From a virus (Duplodnaviria; Caudoviricetes): a stretch of 57,711 bases of DNA. The DNA is taken from IMG/VR virus record IMGVR_UViG_3300009506_000037, positions 1-57,711 of that record, one strand, 5' to 3'. Of the stretch, positions 37,222 to 47,640 are shown piece after piece; the stretch's first letter is position 1; each line of letters starts with the position of its first letter. The notes under the pieces were generated by a model. That model saw only the letters and a program-made list of their open reading frames with translations. It ran no database searches and had not been told where the DNA came from. A program made the translations under genes and the position numbers.

Positions 37222-37564
37222 CTGCGATCCTGAATGTTAAAACCTCGGTCACGGTCTGCACCGTGCCATTCTCGTCGATACTGATTTCGCCTTCATACAC
37301 CCCGGCGTCCACGCTCAAGCTGAGCGGGTTCCACGTATGCAGCAATTTTCCCGTGCTACCGCCGTCAACCTTGGCGAGGGTAAACGTCTCCAGCACCGTG
37401 GTGCTGCCACGCAACCGAAACTTCATGGTGACGGTCGTGGTGCCCGGGGACAGGTCTATCGGGTCCCATGAGTCCGGATCAGCCGGGTCACCGGTATTCG
37501 CGTCTTTCAGCGTGATGTTCAGGTCCGGGCCGCTGTCACCCTTTACCAGCCGGATAATGCTCAT
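37211..37564 (-). CDS. BppU-like structural protein
   Basis: LVKGD..P.L...L.D...IDL...G.YEGEI. Confidence 0.6.
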   Translation of the reverse strand: MSIIRLVKGDSGPDLNITLKDANTGDPADPDSWDPIDLSPGTTTVTMKFRLRGSTTVLETFTLAKVDGGSTGKLLHTWNPLSLSVDAGVYEGEISIDENGTVQTVTEVLTFRIADEF

Positions 37565-38211
37565 GCCATGGGCCTCATTGCTACGCTACGCTGCGCCCGG
37601 GTATGGCTACGGGTCGCAGCATTACGAATGGTCTGAATGGAGTCATAGAACTTCTGTTTCTCAAGCAGCGCCTTATTCGGGTCGTACCACGGGCGGCCCT
37701 TCATATCCAACAGCTTGGAGATGGCGCCCTGTGCGACCTTGTCGTGGTACTGGTTGTAAATAAAGTCCGGAGCCTCATACGAATCCGGCGTCGGTTTCAG
37801 CACCACGCCCACGTAGGCGGTGTATGCTGCTTCCGGAATCTTGACCAGTCGGAGCGTCTCCGGGTTCGACATGTAGAAAAACGCCGGGGCACCGGTCATG
37901 GTGCGCCAGCCCTGTAGCCGGTACTGGGCGTCAAGGTGATCCTCGGAGGTGTCCACCAGATCCAACTGGTTGCCATTGGCATCAATCAGGGTGACGTAAT
38001 TCACCATGGACAGCTGCTGCCCGGTATCGAAGATGAGCGGGTATTCGGCGACATTAATCGATACCACAAACGGCAGCAGTTCGGTACGCCACACGGTAGT
38101 GGCCTGACACAGGTCGATGACCGCGTCCCGGATCTTCTCAACCACGACGATCTCGGGGCAGTTATCCACCTCTGATAGGACGTCAGGAATATAGCGTTCG
38201 TACTCAATCAC
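37561..38211 (-). CDS. Head-tail adaptor/tail tubular protein A-like
   Basis: CP......IR..VI.LC..T.VWR; GA...L....G.PW.DP. Confidence 0.7.
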   Translation of the reverse strand: MIEYERYIPDVLSEVDNCPEIVVVEKIRDAVIDLCQATTVWRTELLPFVVSINVAEYPLIFDTGQQLSMVNYVTLIDANGNQLDLVDTSEDHLDAQYRLQGWRTMTGAPAFFYMSNPETLRLVKIPEAAYTAYVGVVLKPTPDSYEAPDFIYNQYHDKVAQGAISKLLDMKGRPWYDPNKALLEKQKFYDSIQTIRNAATRSHTRAQRSVAMRPMA

Positions 38212-38870
38212 TTAATACCTTCCTGTTTCAGTTCGACGCTTGGCGAGGCGGACACGTCCACCTTGGTCTTGATGCCAAGCGCGGCATAAAAGGCCTGACG
38301 ATGACTCGCAGCTAATGACCGACTTTCTGAGGAGTCAGTTTCCTTGCTGTAAGCACGGTGCAACATCCAGTCACGGATGGGGGAGATGTACACATCGTTC
38401 AGGGAAATGGCGTCAATGTCGACGTTGGTTATCTCGGTCGGGTTGTTCGCCAGCTTGGCTTCAACCACGGTCCCGACCACCGCCGGTGGGTAGACATAAA
38501 ATGTGTCCGGGGTCCGCTCATCGTAGGTGTAGTTCTTGATGACGGATTTTTCGGTGTCAGAGTGCCATGTCGGCCGGAACAGATTGAGACTTTCCTCTTC
38601 GACGACACGAATGGGTTTGCCCGGGGTAGCGCCGGCGCCCATATTGCGCACAATATCAAGCAGCCGACGAGCAGTGGTCGGGATAGCTTGCTTAGTCCCA
38701 GCCACCAAAGTGATGTTCTCGATGGAGCTTGCTGCATCCGGGCGTACCAGCGCAATCTGGCGCTGGGCGTCGTTAAGGTATTCCGTCAATTCAGCCTTTG
38801 ACCACAAAATATATGTGGAATCTGACAGTTCAGAGGCTACCTCTACAACAATATCGATTGCCTGCGCCAA
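38208..38870 (-). CDS. Head-tail adaptor (DUF6682-like)
   Basis: W...EL..YLNDAQ......RPDA; LVAGTKQ; FYVYPP; RAYSK. Confidence 0.75.
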   Translation of the reverse strand: MAQAIDIVVEVASELSDSTYILWSKAELTEYLNDAQRQIALVRPDAASSIENITLVAGTKQAIPTTARRLLDIVRNMGAGATPGKPIRVVEEESLNLFRPTWHSDTEKSVIKNYTYDERTPDTFYVYPPAVVGTVVEAKLANNPTEITNVDIDAISLNDVYISPIRDWMLHRAYSKETDSSESRSLAASHRQAFYAALGIKTKVDVSASPSVELKQEGIK

Positions 38871-38892
38871 GTTGTTCCCCTATGGCCGGGGA

Positions 38893-39204
38893 TTATTCTC
38901 CGGCCTCTGCTACCTGTTTCTCCTGCAGGCGTTTGAATTCGCTGCGGAGTTCCTTCAGATCCGATGTCGGATCCAGCTCAAAGTCGAATAACTCTTTCGC
39001 CTTTTTCACGATCTGCACCTTGGTGGCCTTCTTGTAGTCGAACGGCGCCGGTGCGGCTGCCTTGTTCGGGTTGTCAGCAGGGACCAAATCCCCACGGGCC
39101 AGCAGTGCATCAGTGGTCACAAATACTTTGCCGGTTGCCGGGTTCTTCAAAAACGCCGGGCGGACGGTGTATTGCTGTTCACCTTCTTTGTCGCGTAAAG
39201 CCAT
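38893..39204 (-). CDS. Hypothetical protein
   Basis: Follows capsid gene. Confidence 0.6.
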   Translation of the reverse strand: MALRDKEGEQQYTVRPAFLKNPATGKVFVTTDALLARGDLVPADNPNKAAAPAPFDYKKATKVQIVKKAKELFDFELDPTSDLKELRSEFKRLQEKQVAEAGE

Positions 39205-39224
39205 AACTCACCTCTCTCGTTAAA

Positions 39225-39254
39225 TTAAAAAGGGTGGGTCAAAATGACCCACCC
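39225..39254 (-). terminator. Terminator after major capsid gene
   Basis: GGGTGGGTCA/TGACCCACCC hairpin followed by TTTT on - strand. Confidence 0.75.
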
Positions 39255-39263
39255 CATCAGGGC

Positions 39264-40205
39264 TTAGCCCTTGTAGGCGTACAGGTGAGCGAGGTACTTG
39301 CCCTCGATTACCTTGTAGCCGTAGACGTTCAACCCGCGAACCAGCTGCCCGAAGGAGTTCGGGTTCTTCAGGGTTTCCATCTTGGTCATCTGAGCGGCGA
39401 AGGCCAAACCAGCCTTGTGACCCGCCAGAATGTTGTACACGGTGAACGAGCCGTCAGTGGTGGTGGCCACGTTATTGCTCAGGTACAGCGTGAACCGGTC
39501 GATCATGCCGACGCGGCCGTTACGCATGATAGACTGACCGTCACCAGACAGGCTGGCATCTTTCAGGTCAGACTTCTTGATCATGCCGATGGCCCATGCC
39601 GGCAGTACCAGCCAGCGACCAGCTTCCGGCAGGTTCTGTTCGTCAAGAACCGTGCCCAGATCGACGATGTAGTCGAGGATGTTGGCCTTGTTCAGCGCAA
39701 CCGGGGTGCCAGTGGTACCCAGATTGAAGGCGCTGGACTTACGACCGGCGGTAGCACCAGAGTTCTGGGTGCTGACGTCAGCGTAAATGGCGGCCAACAT
39801 GTCGGTATCGACGGCGATCTTCATCTGTTCGCCACCGTCACCGGCCCAGTCGTCCATGATGTCGATATCAGCCTGATATTCGTCGACATCATCCACTTCG
39901 AAGGCAAAATACTTGCCCTTGTCGATCTGCAGCTCAACTGCAGGATTGGTCGGCTGTTCGTAGTTCAGAGAAGCGCCAATCTTGTAGTCACGAATGGTCA
40001 GTGACGGGGTGGTACGAATGTGGACGGTATCGCCCATATTCTTGATTTCGCCTTCGTAGTCGGTATTCGCGATTTCACCGAAGACGGTCGCGTCGTAGAA
40101 CTTCTCGACGAGCTTCCCAGACCAGATCTGGGGAATAAACTTACCGGTACTGGTAGAACTGAGGTCAGTATAACCAGTCTGACGAGTAATGCCGTTCATT
40201 GTCAT
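39264..40205 (-). CDS. Major capsid protein (HK97 fold)
   Basis: FIPQIWSG...N.DYEGEI...GDTV.I; GL.VYG.KV. Confidence 0.9.
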   Translation of the reverse strand: MTMNGITRQTGYTDLSSTSTGKFIPQIWSGKLVEKFYDATVFGEIANTDYEGEIKNMGDTVHIRTTPSLTIRDYKIGASLNYEQPTNPAVELQIDKGKYFAFEVDDVDEYQADIDIMDDWAGDGGEQMKIAVDTDMLAAIYADVSTQNSGATAGRKSSAFNLGTTGTPVALNKANILDYIVDLGTVLDEQNLPEAGRWLVLPAWAIGMIKKSDLKDASLSGDGQSIMRNGRVGMIDRFTLYLSNNVATTTDGSFTVYNILAGHKAGLAFAAQMTKMETLKNPNSFGQLVRGLNVYGYKVIEGKYLAHLYAYKG

Positions 40206-40241
40206 GTCTCCTTAACAACAGAGACATCCGTCGGTTCTTAT

Positions 40242-41339
40242 TTAGGCGGAAGCGAATCGCGGTTTGTCGTCAACGATCCGGCCTTCGCGGCCTGCAGCGA
40301 GGATGTCTTTCTCAATATCTCTCGCTTCTTTTTCACGGCCCTTGTACTTCCCGCGGCGTTTGTCCTGATAGAACTGGTTAATATACGCAGAGGTATAAAC
40401 TTCCTTCTCACCAGCCAGTGGCGCCCCAGCTCCCGTGGAAGCTGGCATGACAATCTCATCCGGGACAGCGTCGGGGCCTTCATTAGAAGCGCCCGTGTCC
40501 GTAGATGGCTTTTTCGGGGTTACCGTGCCCGCAAAGTCAATGAAGAACTGTGCTGCCCGGTTGACATCAAGGTTATCCCGCGCCTCGTTCAGGTAATGCT
40601 GGCGCTCATGCTGTGTGTACGGCACAGTTTCAGCCAAAAAGACATGAAACTCAGGGTCCTTATTGATGTCCCGCCAGTTTTTCCCGGTGGCATCTTGTAC
40701 CACCCGTTCCAACTGCGACCAGAAATCACGGTCGGTTGTGACCTTGACGGTCTCAATCACCTGCTTCTGGTTTTCTTGCAGTGAAGCTACTGTGTTCTGC
40801 AGGGCCATAATCTGCTTGGCCAGATCCGCGTTTGATTGAGCAGAAATCTTGGAAACGAGTTCGATATACCCTTCTCCGTACTGCTCGATTTCCTCATCGG
40901 AAATCTCAATCTTCGGTACTGGCGCCGGCGTATTCTGTTGCGCCTGCTGTGACCGGAGCTGATTCTGCAGATCTTCAAGCTGCGCAGCTAACCAGTCATT
41001 GCGCTGGAGCGATTCATCCAGCTGTCCGCGGAGCTTCGGCAATTCACGGTCATAGAGCTGTTTCATGCCCTTGAACCGTTTTTCCCAGTCCGTGGCCTGA
41101 TCCGGAGTAAGTTCCTCACTTATCTCGGGGGCCGTCAGTCCGGGCTGTGCAGTACCAGCTTCTGCTGTCTGCTGCTCTACAGCCTTCTGGCGGGCTTCTT
41201 CTGCCGCCTTCTGCGCTGCTGCCTGTTCTTCCGGGGTTTGGACCTGTGCCGGACCGGTGTCTTCCGGTGATTGGTTCAGGGCCGTTTGAAGCCGTACGGC
41301 TTCGCTCGCTTGTTTCTTCACTGCCTTTGGTAAAGCCAT
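40242..41339 (-). CDS. Scaffolding protein
   Basis: Acidic coiled coil upstream of capsid; C-terminal I.AA.REGRI. Confidence 0.75.
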   Translation of the reverse strand: MALPKAVKKQASEAVRLQTALNQSPEDTGPAQVQTPEEQAAAQKAAEEARQKAVEQQTAEAGTAQPGLTAPEISEELTPDQATDWEKRFKGMKQLYDRELPKLRGQLDESLQRNDWLAAQLEDLQNQLRSQQAQQNTPAPVPKIEISDEEIEQYGEGYIELVSKISAQSNADLAKQIMALQNTVASLQENQKQVIETVKVTTDRDFWSQLERVVQDATGKNWRDINKDPEFHVFLAETVPYTQHERQHYLNEARDNLDVNRAAQFFIDFAGTVTPKKPSTDTGASNEGPDAVPDEIVMPASTGAGAPLAGEKEVYTSAYINQFYQDKRRGKYKGREKEARDIEKDILAAGREGRIVDDKPRFASA

Positions 41340-41454
41340 CGTTTTCCTCTCGGTCTGCAAACCGTCTGATGGTGAGCTTTCGCGCCATAGAGCGGGACTT
41401 GCGGTTGAACCTACAAAGCGACATAACTCGGTTCTATAGGCCAATAAAATTCAC

Positions 41455-41667
41455 TTATGTTGAGTGTAGACGTTCCCGGCTGTTTTTTGCAAGTGCTACC
41501 AGCTCTTTTAATTCCAGAGCCGCACCTTGCGCCCGGTACACGCCGGGGACATCGGTCTCCAATGCCTCGGCCATCTTGGCGTCCAGACACTCCTGCAGGA
41601 ACTGCTGGATCATAATTCCATCCAACGAGGCGAATGCCTGCATCACTCGGTCGCCCGCTTTAACCAT
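41455..41667 (-). CDS. Small portal-adjacent protein
   Basis: RAQG.A..L.EL motif. Confidence 0.6.
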   Translation of the reverse strand: MVKAGDRVMQAFASLDGIMIQQFLQECLDAKMAEALETDVPGVYRAQGAALELKELVALAKNSRERLHST

Positions 41668-41687
41668 CCCCTCTCTCCTTGTGCGCG

Positions 41688-41954
41688 TTAGTTAACGTCG
41701 ACAGAAATATCACTGCCCGAGGTCAACGTGACCCGCAGCTGGTACCCAGCTTCCGGGGCCAAGAACTGCGTGGTGAAATTGTTACTGCCGCTGAACTGTA
41801 CGACCTGTTCCCACGTGGTACCGCCGTCCGGGCTGATTTCCAGCGCAGCGTTGGTAAATGTTCCCCACGCCAGCACCATGTAATTCCGGGCTTCACCGTT
41901 ATCAAACGGGACAGCGGCGCTGCTGCCGGAAGCGAGATTAATTGCGATGTGCAT
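41688..41954 (-). CDS. Hypothetical beta-rich protein
   Basis: GTF.NA.LE.S.DGGTTW. Confidence 0.6.
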   Translation of the reverse strand: MHIAINLASGSSAAVPFDNGEARNYMVLAWGTFTNAALEISPDGGTTWEQVVQFSGSNNFTTQFLAPEAGYQLRVTLTSGSDISVDVN

Positions 41955-44293
41955 CAGGTTTCTCCTGAGTTCATGTCGACCTGCTCTTTCTTGACGGTGC
42001 CATTTTGAGCGTCGATATACAGATTGATAATCGGGGCTTTCTCTGTTTCGGTCTCCCCGGCGTTGGTTTTGGATTCGGTCTGTGCCCGGATCTTCTCGAT
42101 TTCCAGTTCCCGCTTGCGCTGTTCCGCTTCACGCTGGATGTCGGCCTGCAGCTCATCGGTCCGAGCCTGCTCTTCCATAAGCTGACGCTTATATTCGTAC
42201 TCGCGTGACAGCTTGGCCATGTCGTAGCGTTCCTTGATGGCGGTCTTCTCTTTCTCTGCCTGCATCTCGGCCTGCAGCTTCTTCTGGAAATTGGCCTCTT
42301 CCTGCGCCAGCCTGTCCTTGTCGGTCTGGGCTTTCAGCTTGGCGGCGATAACCTCGGGCGGTTCCTTCTGGCTCTGCTGTGCCTGCTCCTGCTGGCGCCG
42401 TGCGAACTCGTCTTGGTCCGGCACAATCTTGTCGACGTTCAGGTCCAGCAGGTCGGCAGCGGCGCGCAGAATCTCGATGCGGCCCTCGGATCCGATAATC
42501 TGCATGTCAATCGGGTTGTTGGTCATGTTCAGGAACTCGGCCCGGCGCATCTGTGCCTGCTCACGGGTGAGCATGGCGGTGGCGCCACGAGCCACGATCT
42601 GGACGTCGCCCTTGATGGTGATGTCCGGGTCGTACAGCATGTTGAAGGTGAAGGTCTGCTCAATCACTGGCTGAATGACCCCGGTGTCGATACTGGAGAT
42701 GGCCAGCTTGATGCCCTTGGAGGCGTTGTTCATCAGCATGGACAGGCCTGAAGCGGTGTTACCGGCGCCCCCAACCCGTTCATTACCATAGGCGTAGCGC
42801 GGGATACTGGTCGCGTCGTCGGCCCGGCGCTCGAATTGCTCGTAGACTGCCAGCAGCTCATTCGCGTTCGACTTCGGTTGGAAAAACCTTACCGCTTCGC
42901 GGCCACGGCCACTGACATCCGACTTGGTCTGGATGATCTTCCACGGGTACAGCTGCTCCACCACTTCCCCGTCAGCCAGACGATTGGCCTCGACCTCGAT
43001 CATTGGCCCGGAGGCAATACCGAGGTTATTCGACAGGGCGCGGGCGGTGGCATTACACATCCGCTGGTGGTCACGCATCAGTTTCGGGATAGAGATACCC
43101 CAGAACCCGCCCGGGATCTTCTGGAAGCAGGCCTTGTGGTACCCACGGCGACGCAGCGGGTCACGGTTCAGCACCGCACGCACCACGTGCCGGCCGATCT
43201 TGATGGCGTCAATCTCATACTCGGCCAGCGGGTCCGGGATCTGGTCGGGGTTTACGCCCCATTCCAGCAGGGACAGGCCGATCGCGCTACCGAAATAGTG
43301 CAGGCCGTCGATTGTGCCGTCACTCTGGCGCATCCAGTATTTGTCCTTGCCTTCGACCCGGGCGCGTTCGTAGTCGCGCCACAGCCAGTCTCGCAGTCCG
43401 CCACGGCCGTATTCTTCCAGCACGGCCCGTAGGGCGTCGTCGTTATAGCCTTTCATCCCAATCAGGTTGTGGATTTCGCGACGGCTGAACCGGATACGCT
43501 CGATGAAATCGCCGTCGTTTACGTCGCTGGCATGCGGTGCCGGGTAGACATCAAACGGGGACACCCGCTTGTATTCGAGGATGACCTCCTGCGACACGAT
43601 CGGCTGGCCACCCGGACCCCATTTCAGGCGGGTCTTCTTGCGCGGAATGGGCCCCTTCATGATGGCGGCCGGGAAGGTACAGAAGTCCTCGATGAATTCA
43701 CCCATAGATTCTTCCCAGTTCCCTTCGGTCAGCTGATCCTCAATCTTATTCTCCATACGTTCGGCGGAGTCGTCAGCGATTTCCTTGAGAGATTTCATGA
43801 TCTCATCGCGCATTTTGGCGGCGCGCTGGGTGATGTAGGCATCGTAGCCCTGTTCAGGGGGCTGTTCCGGCAGGGTCTGGGCGATGCGGTCAGATATCGC
43901 GCCAATCAGTTCCTCGGGGAGGTCTGGCATTGGTGTCGGGCTCAGGCCCCATGCCTTGTCGCCGGACGGCAGCAGGATGTCACGGATCCACGACACAGCG
44001 GCCCGGATCTTGGTGGCCGTCAGCATCATGTAAATTTCGGAACCACCCTGTGACCGGATGGCGGTCAGGGTTTCGTTGTCGTACTCGCCATTGCGCTGGC
44101 GCATGCACTCCAGCATCTCATCCATCCAGACCTCTTTGGCCCAGCGGTTGAGTTCCCACGCCTTGGAAATGTGGGCAGCTAGTTGGGATTCATATTCTGA
44201 GATGTCACGGTTGTCGGCTTCGGTTTTGGCCGCTTCTTCTTTGTTGATTTCCTCGTTACTTTTTACCCGGATCAGTCCGTAACTCGCCATCAT
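41954..44293 (-). CDS. Portal protein
   Basis: 779 aa; VSPFDVYPAP, FWG.SIP, TASGLSMLM; coiled-coil barrel; downstream of TerL. Confidence 0.88.
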   Translation of the reverse strand: MMASYGLIRVKSNEEINKEEAAKTEADNRDISEYESQLAAHISKAWELNRWAKEVWMDEMLECMRQRNGEYDNETLTAIRSQGGSEIYMMLTATKIRAAVSWIRDILLPSGDKAWGLSPTPMPDLPEELIGAISDRIAQTLPEQPPEQGYDAYITQRAAKMRDEIMKSLKEIADDSAERMENKIEDQLTEGNWEESMGEFIEDFCTFPAAIMKGPIPRKKTRLKWGPGGQPIVSQEVILEYKRVSPFDVYPAPHASDVNDGDFIERIRFSRREIHNLIGMKGYNDDALRAVLEEYGRGGLRDWLWRDYERARVEGKDKYWMRQSDGTIDGLHYFGSAIGLSLLEWGVNPDQIPDPLAEYEIDAIKIGRHVVRAVLNRDPLRRRGYHKACFQKIPGGFWGISIPKLMRDHQRMCNATARALSNNLGIASGPMIEVEANRLADGEVVEQLYPWKIIQTKSDVSGRGREAVRFFQPKSNANELLAVYEQFERRADDATSIPRYAYGNERVGGAGNTASGLSMLMNNASKGIKLAISSIDTGVIQPVIEQTFTFNMLYDPDITIKGDVQIVARGATAMLTREQAQMRRAEFLNMTNNPIDMQIIGSEGRIEILRAAADLLDLNVDKIVPDQDEFARRQQEQAQQSQKEPPEVIAAKLKAQTDKDRLAQEEANFQKKLQAEMQAEKEKTAIKERYDMAKLSREYEYKRQLMEEQARTDELQADIQREAEQRKRELEIEKIRAQTESKTNAGETETEKAPIINLYIDAQNGTVKKEQVDMNSGET

Positions 44294-44531
44294 TTACCCC
44301 TGTGTCCTTCACTTCGGACTCAATGTGGTCTGCGAGCGCTCGCAGACCTACCACGAAATCGTCTGGCGGCATTCCGTTCATGAAGGTCATATTGACAGTG
44401 CGGCCATTGGCAATAATGTTATGGCCTTTCCCGTCAACGATCGGGCTACCAAATACCATGGAGAGCTGATACATCATCGTCCCTTCCATGTTGGTAGCAC
44501 GCTCCATCTTCGCGTGCACCAGTTCGCTCAT
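44256..44531 (-). CDS. Hypothetical protein
   Basis: GAGGAG RBS. Confidence 0.6.
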   Translation of the reverse strand: MSELVHAKMERATNMEGTMMYQLSMVFGSPIVDGKGHNIIANGRTVNMTFMNGMPPDDFVVGLRALADHIESEVKDTGVNDGELRTDPGKK

Positions 44532-44557
44532 AAATTCTCTCCTCTCTCGTGATAAAA

Positions 44558-44896
44558 TTATTTTATCAGGTTGTCGGTCAATTTATATACCAAATCCATG
44601 GCCCTGTCATTATTCTTCCGCAAATCATCAATATGCGAAAGCAGGGCGTTCTGTGGCAATTCGCGGCCTTCTGACGGGCGGATCCCATGCCGCCAGAGCT
44701 CGTTCATCAGCTCCTGCATGTCGTCCCGGGACAGGTCCAGACCGTGCGCAACCGGGTCGGCGATAACGTGCCCGGGCTCAATCCGGACAAATTTCGGCAC
44801 TTCCATCACGTTATAGGAATGGTCATCGTTGCGGATATAGGGCGTCATGCGGTACGTCCCATTGAAGTTCAATTCATCGAAGATCTTGAATAACAT
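44558..44896 (-). CDS. Hypothetical protein
   Basis: MQELM.ELW..GIRPS...H..DLR motif. Confidence 0.65.
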   Translation of the reverse strand: MLFKIFDELNFNGTYRMTPYIRNDDHSYNVMEVPKFVRIEPGHVIADPVAHGLDLSRDDMQELMNELWRHGIRPSEGRELPQNALLSHIDDLRKNNDRAMDLVYKLTDNLIK

Positions 44897-44909
44897 GGTG
44901 TTTCCTCTC

Positions 44910-46397
44910 TCAGGCTGCCCAGCCTTTAGAGCTGCGGCGTTGCACGGGTTTGGCGGAGACCCGCTCGATCTTGAGACCCTCCAGCGTTTCCATCACGCCA
45001 TACTGCAGGCCCTCGTGGATATGGGAATAGATGTTCTTTTTCGGCGCGTCCTTGTAGCGCTCCTCACTGGCGACCTGTACCCGTTCGTACTGGTAGGCAC
45101 CATTGAATCCCTTCCGCAAATAACGGCACCGAGGGCTCAGCAGGAAGGCTGGCTCGCCGTCGGAGTCGTAGGTGGTCAGATACTTGGCCACAGACTCCCG
45201 GCGCTTCACGTATTCCTGCGTGCTGGCGGGTTCGGTGGGAACCCCCTCCTCTGCCAGAATCTCCATGCAGGTGTCTTCCGTGGACTGAGCGCGCTGCGTT
45301 CCCGCTGGGTCGCCCCATGCCCGGATGGACATGCCGGCGTACTCGTTGTTCAGCTTGGGTCGCAGTACCTCGGTAACAAAACGACGCACCCCCATGTCCA
45401 GCGCGACGACTTCATCAAGGACACGGATCTGGCCCTTGGGCGATATCTGGAAGATTGCACAGGCTGGCGTTAGCCCGAAATCGAATCCCAGCATCAGCGG
45501 CATGCCGCGCATCGGCTCAATGTCTTCGGTTGCGCAATGGAGGTGGTCGTTATACTCAGGATATACCGGCTTGCCATCGTAGACGGTGGCGTACTCACCC
45601 ATGATGTAGCCCCGGATCCAGTCCTCAGACTTGCCCGGGACGAGGTTCAGCCAGTAATCGTATCCAAGTTGCTGGTTGCCTACGTTCTCCGCCCGCGGGT
45701 TCGGCACATATAGCGTCATCCCGTTGGCGTCCATGGTCTTCAGGAGGGCGCCGGGTTGGCGGAAAAAGGCGTGGTTGCTGGGCTTCTCGACCTCAGCGAG
45801 GTTATACCACCAGTGGTCATCGTCTGGCGGGTTGGTGTCCATGATCAAACCGGTGAAGGTAATCGGTGCCCCGTCACGTTTGGAGGGGTAACGAGCCAGA
45901 CGAGAGCTAACCGCCTCCACAATCGCGTACGGTATCTCTCGAGCTTCGTTGATCCACGCCATGGTCAGCTCCATGGATAGGACCTTTTTCACGTCCTTGG
46001 GTTTATCCAGTGACATGAATAGGACTTCGAATTCCAGCAGCGTGCCGTTCGGGAAGTCTTCGGTCGGCGGGGCAGGGAGCTTGGCGGTACCGGTGATCGG
46101 CGCACCCCAGTTGATATTGACGACATTCGGCGGGAACCATTCCTGCCATGTCTTGATGGTCGTCGACTTCAATTCTGGGTAAGAGTTACGAATCACCGCG
46201 CAGCGGAACTTGCGAATCCCGTGGCGGTTGGGGGCCTGCTGCATACCGCGAGCCATCAGCTCGATGCAGCAGGCGACGGACTTGCCGGACCCGATGGGGC
46301 CCATGAGCCCCCTCACATAGGCATTGGAGGAGTGAAACTGCGCCGGGGTGTGCTCGGCGACATAAGTAATATCTATGGGCTCTGGGGCTTCACTCAC
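44910..46397 (-). CDS. terL: Terminase large subunit
   Basis: GPIGSGKS Walker A, WINEARE, DTNPP, GFDFGLTPA, SHIHEGLQY. Confidence 0.93.
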   Translation of the reverse strand: MSEAPEPIDITYVAEHTPAQFHSSNAYVRGLMGPIGSGKSVACCIELMARGMQQAPNRHGIRKFRCAVIRNSYPELKSTTIKTWQEWFPPNVVNINWGAPITGTAKLPAPPTEDFPNGTLLEFEVLFMSLDKPKDVKKVLSMELTMAWINEAREIPYAIVEAVSSRLARYPSKRDGAPITFTGLIMDTNPPDDDHWWYNLAEVEKPSNHAFFRQPGALLKTMDANGMTLYVPNPRAENVGNQQLGYDYWLNLVPGKSEDWIRGYIMGEYATVYDGKPVYPEYNDHLHCATEDIEPMRGMPLMLGFDFGLTPACAIFQISPKGQIRVLDEVVALDMGVRRFVTEVLRPKLNNEYAGMSIRAWGDPAGTQRAQSTEDTCMEILAEEGVPTEPASTQEYVKRRESVAKYLTTYDSDGEPAFLLSPRCRYLRKGFNGAYQYERVQVASEERYKDAPKKNIYSHIHEGLQYGVMETLEGLKIERVSAKPVQRRSSKGWAA

Positions 46398-46705
46398 AAC
46401 AGACCATGCTTTATCAGCTCACCCGGTGATGCGGTCACCGTGGGCTGACGGACGCCCTCACAGATCACGACCGGCAGGCCGTTGACGCTATCCCGGTCGG
46501 AGTTATGGCGGGCAGCAGTGAACTGCTCAGCATAGTCTACCATCCGATGATAGTCTGCGACGTTCATCAGCACGTACTGCGGTTCGATATTGTGCTCACG
46601 GAACCGCTCCATCTGTGCGCGGATTGCTTCCAACATGTCTTCACCCTTGCAGCCGTAACAAACCCCATTTCCGAAGTTTTTTACCTCACGAATTTGCGGT
46701 TGCAT
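46394..46705 (-). CDS. Hypothetical protein
   Basis: Coupled to terL. Confidence 0.55.
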   Translation of the reverse strand: MQPQIREVKNFGNGVCYGCKGEDMLEAIRAQMERFREHNIEPQYVLMNVADYHRMVDYAEQFTAARHNSDRDSVNGLPVVICEGVRQPTVTASPGELIKHGLL

Positions 46706-46741
46706 TTGGCTCTCCAGTTCTACAGGTGTCTATTTGTTGGA

Positions 46742-46770
46742 AGTATAGAATCTGTTTATGGGTATATCAA
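46742..46770 (-). promoter_or_regulatory. Promoter upstream of the terL operon, flanked by operator-like palindromes
   Basis: TTGATA-17-TATACT on - strand; TCTACAggTGTCTA 46719-46732 and TCAACAggTGTCGA 46781-46794. Confidence 0.6.
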
Positions 46771-47075
46771 TGAATTTTTATCAACAGGTGTCGAATTCCG
46801 AGCACAATCCCAAAGAACAGTACGCTGAAAATCAGGAAGAAAATCAATGGGTGGTCATTGCTTTTCAGGTTGTCGATCTTCTCCCGGGCCTCCGCGCAGT
46901 GGTCCTTGGTGAAGAAGATGACGTTCAGGATCTTGCAGGTCAGCAGGATGGCGCCCTTGCGTGACTGGCGGCCTAAGCGGGAGCTGATAGTTTCACGTGG
47001 GTCCCCGAGCAGTAACCAGTTCGCCAGCTGGTCCAGTGCAAGAAATGGTTGTAACAACAGTTCTTTGGCTTTCAT
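46767..47075 (-). CDS. Conserved membrane-associated phage protein
   Basis: ALDQLAN.LL.GDP.ETISSR.G...DHC. Confidence 0.7.
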   Translation of the reverse strand: MKAKELLLQPFLALDQLANWLLLGDPRETISSRLGRQSRKGAILLTCKILNVIFFTKDHCAEAREKIDNLKSNDHPLIFFLIFSVLFFGIVLGIRHLLIKIH

Positions 47076-47134
47076 AGTCCCTCTCTCAAAATTGAAGGGT
47101 GGGCAGCGTTAACTGCCCACCGACAGGACGATTA

Positions 47135-47554
47135 TTACGCGAAGGTAATAGCGCCTGAGATTGCCAGACCACCGGTCGGTAATACCAGAACCAGATAGAA
47201 GGTCGGGGTGCCCACGTCAGTCAATGCGACATTGACCACGCCATTGGCATCCGTTACCAGCTTCCCTGACAAATCAGCGACCGATTCGATGATGGCACCA
47301 GCTGCGCCTGCAGCTACACCACCGGTCGGCGCGACGGTACTGGGGGTGGCCCCAGCCGCGTCATCTGCCAGATAGAAGTCAAGAACAGCGACTTCGCTCA
47401 GGTTCTTCCCTTCGGCGTCCTTCAGCTGAACAGCAACGTCAATCACATTCGTAGCTTCCGCGCCTACGGTCTGAACCGCTTTGACGGGCTTCATCTGAAT
47501 GGATTCGTTGCCAAAGAACAGCTGACCTACGTTTAACACTTCACGCCATGACAT
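47135..47554 (-). CDS. Putative capsid decoration/Ig-like structural protein
   Basis: Ala/Val/Thr-rich beta protein. Confidence 0.55.
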   Translation of the reverse strand: MSWREVLNVGQLFFGNESIQMKPVKAVQTVGAEATNVIDVAVQLKDAEGKNLSEVAVLDFYLADDAAGATPSTVAPTGGVAAGAAGAIIESVADLSGKLVTDANGVVNVALTDVGTPTFYLVLVLPTGGLAISGAITFA

Positions 47555-47640
47555 AGCGATTCTCCTGTAGGTTGCTCACCAGCCAATCCATGGCCCCTTT
47601 GGTAAGATTAAACACGGAAGCGGGACTCAGCCCGCTTCAA